From Gloeobacterales cyanobacterium (GTDB lineage: Bacteria; Cyanobacteriota; Cyanobacteriia; Gloeobacterales; PMM-0068): 17,497 bases of DNA. Both the position numbers and the translations under genes were made by a program. The DNA lies in assembly GCA_038245785.1 (NCBI GenBank), contig JBBRSB010000047.1, forward strand, positions 1-17,497. The letters are read 5' to 3'. Below the pieces are notes generated by a model. That model made no database searches and was not told the origin of the DNA. It was given only the letters and a program-made list of their open reading frames with translations. This document shows positions 16,600 through 17,497 of the stretch, in pieces (positions within the stretch are counted from its first letter, which is position 1; each line of letters opens with the position of its first letter).

Positions 16600-17032
16600 C
16601 TTCAGACTTTTATCCAGAGAAAAAAACAAGATCTGGATCTGACGGCAGTTAACCAGGCTGTTTCAGGAATTCTTGCCTGGGTGACTGGTGACCGGAGTTC
16701 CCAGACATTCGAGCCTTTATGGCGCATCGTTGAAAACTGGAAGTGTGGCTGGCATGTCACCGATGGGTAGGTGGTCTACAAATCGTTCATCGAGGCAAAA
16801 GAGAACCTAATCAGCAAGACAACCATGACGAGAGTAGAAGGAGAAAATGGTCGACTGCGTCACTATCTTGCCCGTCTGCATCGTCAGGGTTTGTGTTATT
16901 CAAAGACAAAAGAGATGTTGAATTTATCGATACGGCTGTTACAGCACTACCTAAAGTCGGGAATTGTAGCAATTCCACCATAATCATCCTCCTTTTGTGC
17001 AACCTCCAAGATTTAGTTCCACAACACTTCAT

Positions 17033-17497
17033 TCAAAAAGGCAGCACTTTGAAGTCAAAGAGGCGCTCCATCATCCATACGGAAGCGACCAGGGCAATAG
17101 AAACCAGAAAGAGCAATAAGCGACTCTACCCAGCGGGAAGGCAACTGGATTACTCCTAAGGTAGCCAAGCTCAGGGTAATGGAGTGTGCAATGGTGAACG
17201 CGGTAACGACCTTGAGCACATTCCCAAAGACAGAACGGATCTCCAGAACAGGTTTCCATCTTCCATCTCTGCGCTCTAGTACAGCGGGTAGCAAAAGAGT
17301 GAGCAGAAAGAGAATATGGTCAAAGCCAATCCAAATATGCCAAACGCCTTCCCTCACAAATTCTAGGAACTGTTGCACTGGGTTGACAGCTACTAATTCC
17401 AAAGACTGATTCGCTTGGGCCGGACTAAATATTGCGGTACGGGTTAGTCCCTGGGATTCCAGGCGCAAGAGTCCCCGATGCTGAGGGTCAAGATCAA
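17033..17497 (-). pseudogene. 3' part of a HupE/UreJ-family membrane protein with an internal out-of-frame deletion
   Basis: EGVWHIWIGFDHILFLLTLLLP, TAFTIAHSITLSLA, PSRWVESLIALS. The frame is open to the window edge. A family-like C-terminus, LVSIALVASVWMMERLFDFKVLPF*, follows directly in another frame (stop 17035-17033). Confidence 0.75.

Larger units (their letters stand above)
16188..16983 (+). pseudogene. IS1 InsA/InsB transposase pseudogene
   Basis: Reconstructed pieces: MKCPKCQ...KNGHRRGKQ/RYLCKYC (zinc finger), YLNGMGFRGIER..GVYHNTVINWVK (HTH), A7C slip site at 16620-16627, GDRS, TDG*, TRVEGENGRLRHYLARLHR. It is disrupted by three small insertions, apparent 1-nt deletions near 16412 and 16641, and TAG at 16768-16770. 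Confidence 0.88.
16168..17007 (+). mobile_element. IS1-family insertion sequence (degenerate)
   Basis: IRs ggaggttgcacaa (16168-16180) / ttgtgcaacctcc (16995-17007). No target duplication. Confidence 0.88.

Noticed and set aside
16054..17159. ORFs 16054-16317, 16240-16464, 16743-17159 and 16811-17032
   Set aside because: They are off-frame or antisense readings of the IS1 pseudogene. Only 16771-16983 is true InsB sequence.

Overview
IS-rich accessory region, probably from a cyanobacterium. The evidence is an EACC1-type small protein, cyanobacterial-style IS1/IS630 transposases and small dispersed repeats; I did not spot the HIP1 octamer GCGATCGC. The core (4348-15903, all minus strand) is an apparently intact stress-type carbohydrate/redox cluster. 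In transcription order it encodes an aldo-keto reductase, a glycosyltransferase::UDP-galactopyranose mutase fusion, a GH1::RmlD-like fusion, an SDR, a gluconate-2-dehydrogenase-subunit-3::GMC oxidoreductase fusion and a second GH1. A TCTATC-N4-GATAGA palindrome lies upstream of three of these genes. The flanks are decaying: an IS630 end, a complete IS3 truncating an EACC1-like gene, an orphan TRAFAC GTPase, an integron-integrase remnant with an attI-like site, a YsnF/AvaK fragment, an ISAs1 with a nonsense codon, an IS3 stub, a dead IS1 and an internally deleted HupE/UreJ-type gene. The most unusual sequence-level signal is a set of 21-24 nt mini-insertions nested inside one another at 3280-3327 and 16251-16316, with further single inserts in the IS1.
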